This document shows, piece by piece, positions 60,738-64,000 of a DNA stretch of 64,000 nucleotides (positions are counted from its first letter, which is position 1; every line of letters starts with the position of its first letter). The stretch lies in the NCBI GenBank assembly GCA_002293685.1, contig DBDS01000006.1, forward strand, positions 180,909-244,908, written 5' to 3'. Position numbers and translations under genes: made by a program. This stretch comes from Patescibacteria group bacterium UBA926. GTDB taxonomy: Bacteria > Patescibacteriota > Doudnabacteria > UBA920. Below the pieces are notes generated by a model. It was given only the letters and a program-made list of their open reading frames with translations. It had not been told where the DNA came from and did no database searches.

Positions 60738-63700
60738 CTAGTCAGCTTTAGCGATTGAAAGTTTTGGAAGAATAATAATTCCCAAAATTGCAATGAAGCT
60801 AAATACTATTGATAACGGAGTTCCAGTTCTTGGAAGAGTTGTAACTTCTCCTAGAACTTGAGGATTCTCGTATGGAAGACCAGTAGAATCACCAGCTACA
60901 CGACCTTCATCTGGATTTGGAATTCGTGTTCCAGAGGAGCCACCGCCACCCGGGTTTCCACCACGGTCAGTTGGGTAGTTACCGAAATCTAGACCAGAGA
61001 CAGTGTAAACAATTTCAGCATGAGCAGTCTTGATTAAGCCATCCCAGAAACTAACATCTTCACCACTAGGGACTAGCTCAACCAAACCGTTTACTGCACC
61101 GGGACATGTTTCAAAAGGAACGCCCAAAGCTACAATGTACTCATTAGGAGCAGGAACTGGTTCTGTGATTTCCCAACCAGACTGCAAAACTTCACGAACA
61201 GTATGACAACCGGCTGGAAGGTTTAGAAGTTCATAATTTCCATTCACATCACTAGCACCAGATGGTTCTTCACCATCCAAAGAATCGTTGTTGTTTAAGT
61301 CGATGTATGCGATCCAGTTTTCGAGACCTAGATCAGGATCCTCGACATCATAATCACCATCATTATTTACATCATGGTAGATAGCACCCCTAATATTGTA
61401 ACCGTTTGGTTCAGTTGGGGTATCATCCTCACTGTTAACAAAATTGTATGGACCTTTGATGCCGTCAATTTGTTTATCTAAGGTCACCGAATGAAAACCT
61501 TCTGGAGAAACCTGAGTCCAACCGCTTTGATTTACTTCACGAACTTGGTAAGTACCAGTCGGTAAGTTAGCAAAAAAGTAGTTGCCTTCTGAATCTGTTA
61601 CGTCATAAGGTTCGCCATCATCTAGCGCGCCATTTTGATTCAAATCAACATAGATTGTCCAGCCAGAAGCATTGGCTTCTGTGTTTTGAACTTGCTTCTG
61701 TCCATAAATTCCATTACCACAAGTCGGCAATCCATCTTTCTTAATCAACCCGAGAATGAAGCCAATTAACTTTCCAAACTTAGAATCATACTTAAAGTCT
61801 TTTACAGTACATACCGGGTAGTTTCCAAAATCTTTATTCTTATGGTTCTTACCTGCGTCTAGAGTGTGAACAATGGTATTTGGAGCGCTTTGCATCCAAC
61901 CAGTTTTATGTTCTTCAGCAATTACTAACTCGCCTTCTAAGCCAGTGATATCAAATTCGTATTGACCCCAAATATTTGTATAATCAACATCAAGAATTTC
62001 ATAAATAGTAACTTCTAGTTCACCTGTATTGTTTGAACCAAAGGTGTCGTAAATCTGGAAGTCAGCTGGAGTTCCATCACCTGTGATTGTTGTCCAATAA
62101 GTGTGAGCAGAATTATACATTCCCCAATTTGGTGAAGAACCATCGATTTGAAGATCTAAGAGAGTTGGGCCGTAAACTTCATAGTTCTGAACTAAGTCAG
62201 TCCAGTAACCACTACTATTACGTTCTGAGTACTGAGCATCTGCTTCTATTCCATCACCGGCATCAAATGTACCAGTAACCTTCACCATGTAATCAACTGT
62301 GCTTGTTAAAGCACTAGAGCTCACTACTGGAGTATTCAAGGCAGTAACGTCAAAAGTTTCGACTTGCTTCATTAGATAAATCTTCCAGTTCCAGATTCCG
62401 TGTTCGAAGATTCCATTCTTTTTGCCGTTCTTGTTTAAATCTTTGTATTTCATACCAGAAACTTTAAATTCTGGTTCATTACAAAGCACAAGACTGACCT
62501 GAACTCCATCTACATCATAACCGTCAGTAGCATTATTGAATTTAGAGCTTGTCTTATCAGAAACATCTGTAAGTTTGATGTACTTGGCGTACTGAACAGC
62601 ACCCATTTCAACATTACGTTGTGTCTGGAAGTAGTCACCCAAATCTGTCCAAGGACCCGCCATAGACATAGCTACTTTAACATTCACCTTCTCAGGATAA
62701 TTTGCATCGGAAGGGCTACCAAAGCTTGTTTCAACAAGTTTAATATCTGTACCAGGAACATTTTGGAAGACTCCACCGAAAGATAGAATGATGCTTCCAC
62801 CGAATCCAAGGGATACAAAGTTAAGAGTATCGTTATCTTCTGCTTCGCCAAGAGCTTTGGTAGGGTCGCTACGTTCAGCTAACACAGGAGTCACTACTGG
62901 ATTCTTTTGATTTCCCTGTTTAAATTCATGATAAGCAGTAGCCCAAGCAGGACCATCTTTACAAGGCTCTGGTTCGCAAGCAGTTGTACACTTGTTTACT
63001 AAGGTGAATTTGGTGGTCTGAGCATTTACTTCTTTTTCACCGGCACCAGAGACATATTCCCAACCTTCCTTCATGATTTCATCTAAGTAGTAATCACCAA
63101 AAGGAACATTCTTAATAGTTACACAACCGTTCTCACCAGTTGTTCCCTTATAGATTGGAAAAATATCTACGGTTAGGAAACCAGAATTATCGCCGTAGTA
63201 GCTATCTAAAATCCTGAAGTCAATTTCATCACCGGCTATTAAAGTCTTGCTGGATGAATATTTATGGTTTACTAAATTCAACGGACCCCAGTTTGGATTC
63301 ACTCCGTCTACTTGAATTCCTAAGTAACCAGCCCATTCACCTGGCAAAGAATTTACATTGATCCAAGGGTTCTCGGCTGTCGCACCGAATTCTCCTGGTT
63401 CACGCTTTGTATAACCAGCATCACTGATGTCACCTGAACTTCCCGGTCGATAAACGTAAGTTCCGCTTGCTTCCAAAACATAATCACCAGCAGGTAACAC
63501 ATCAGAAGAATAAATAGTTCCATCCGGGTAAACCTTAACTGAATCAACTTCTTCACCCTTCAAGAATACTTCCCAACCTGGTAGAGGTTGCTGGGTTTTA
63601 TAATCAATCTTACATACTTCAATATCGGTCGCACAGTCTTCTTTAACAGAAACGTCATCTAAGAAACCGCCGAAAGAATCTCCAGGACCCACATCTTCAA

Positions 63701-64000
63701 ACTGGACTCGTGTTGTGGTCGAGCTTGCGATAAAGCTAAATGTGTATTCTGTCCAAACTGTTGCATCACCAGAATTCGGGATCGCTGTGGAATTCACAGT
63801 AACATCAAGATCACCTGCAGTTACTTTAATTGCATTGTTTGCAGCAACCTGACCTGGACGTGGGGATGCAGCGAAAGTCAAAGTGTACTTCTTTCCGGCA
63901 GTTGTTGGAATATCTTGGTATAACTTTATTGATGCGTCTTCACCACTCTGTTTGATAGTTGGACCTTCCCAATCTGAATCTAATTCGGTGTACTAAGAAC
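60738..64000 (-). CDS. Large LPxTG cell-surface protein with SdrD-B/SpaA-like and DUF642-like domains (5' end beyond window; in-frame TAG at 63993-63995)
   Basis: C-terminal LPRTG + TM + KAD; repeated G..Y.D.N.NG..D...L..W.IY..DFGN units; frame open upstream of 63881 to 63992. Confidence 0.85.

Overview
Gene-dense, AT-rich bacterial chromosome segment using genetic code 11 (TGA and TAG both serve as stops). Gene content and style suggest a Patescibacteria/CPR (Parcubacteria-like) genome; this is an inference. Most of the window is housekeeping: rmuC, UvrD-type helicase-nuclease, PheRS, gyrB, secE-nusG-rplK-rplA, dcd-tmk-thyA-folA, prfB, ftsEX, rplI, pyrG, rpmA, iscS, gltX, def/fmt, mltG and HU. 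Main unusual elements: (1) a 71-nt tRNA-like RNA with a G3:U70 pair, encoded CCA and no D-stem (resembling a tmRNA tRNA-like domain), followed directly by a promoter-driven sRNA whose first 18 nt are antisense to it; (2) a T-box riboswitch ahead of a gamma-glutamyl ligase/hydrolase pair; (3) a ~10-kb metabolic island (48.2-58.4 kb) with RFAP-synthase-like, PrnB-like, kinase, methyltransferase, divergent Ham1, LOG-like and GreA-like genes, suggestive of nucleoside-analogue chemistry; (4) two paralogous pilin-like proteins fused to different peptidoglycan hydrolases; (5) dispersed palindromic repeats, one inserted in frame in the helicase; (6) a mitochondrial-type one-chain PheRS; (7) a sortase with Cys->Ser beside an LPxTG protein. 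No CRISPR array, rRNA, transposase or integrase was seen. All calls come from reading motifs by eye; no searches were run.
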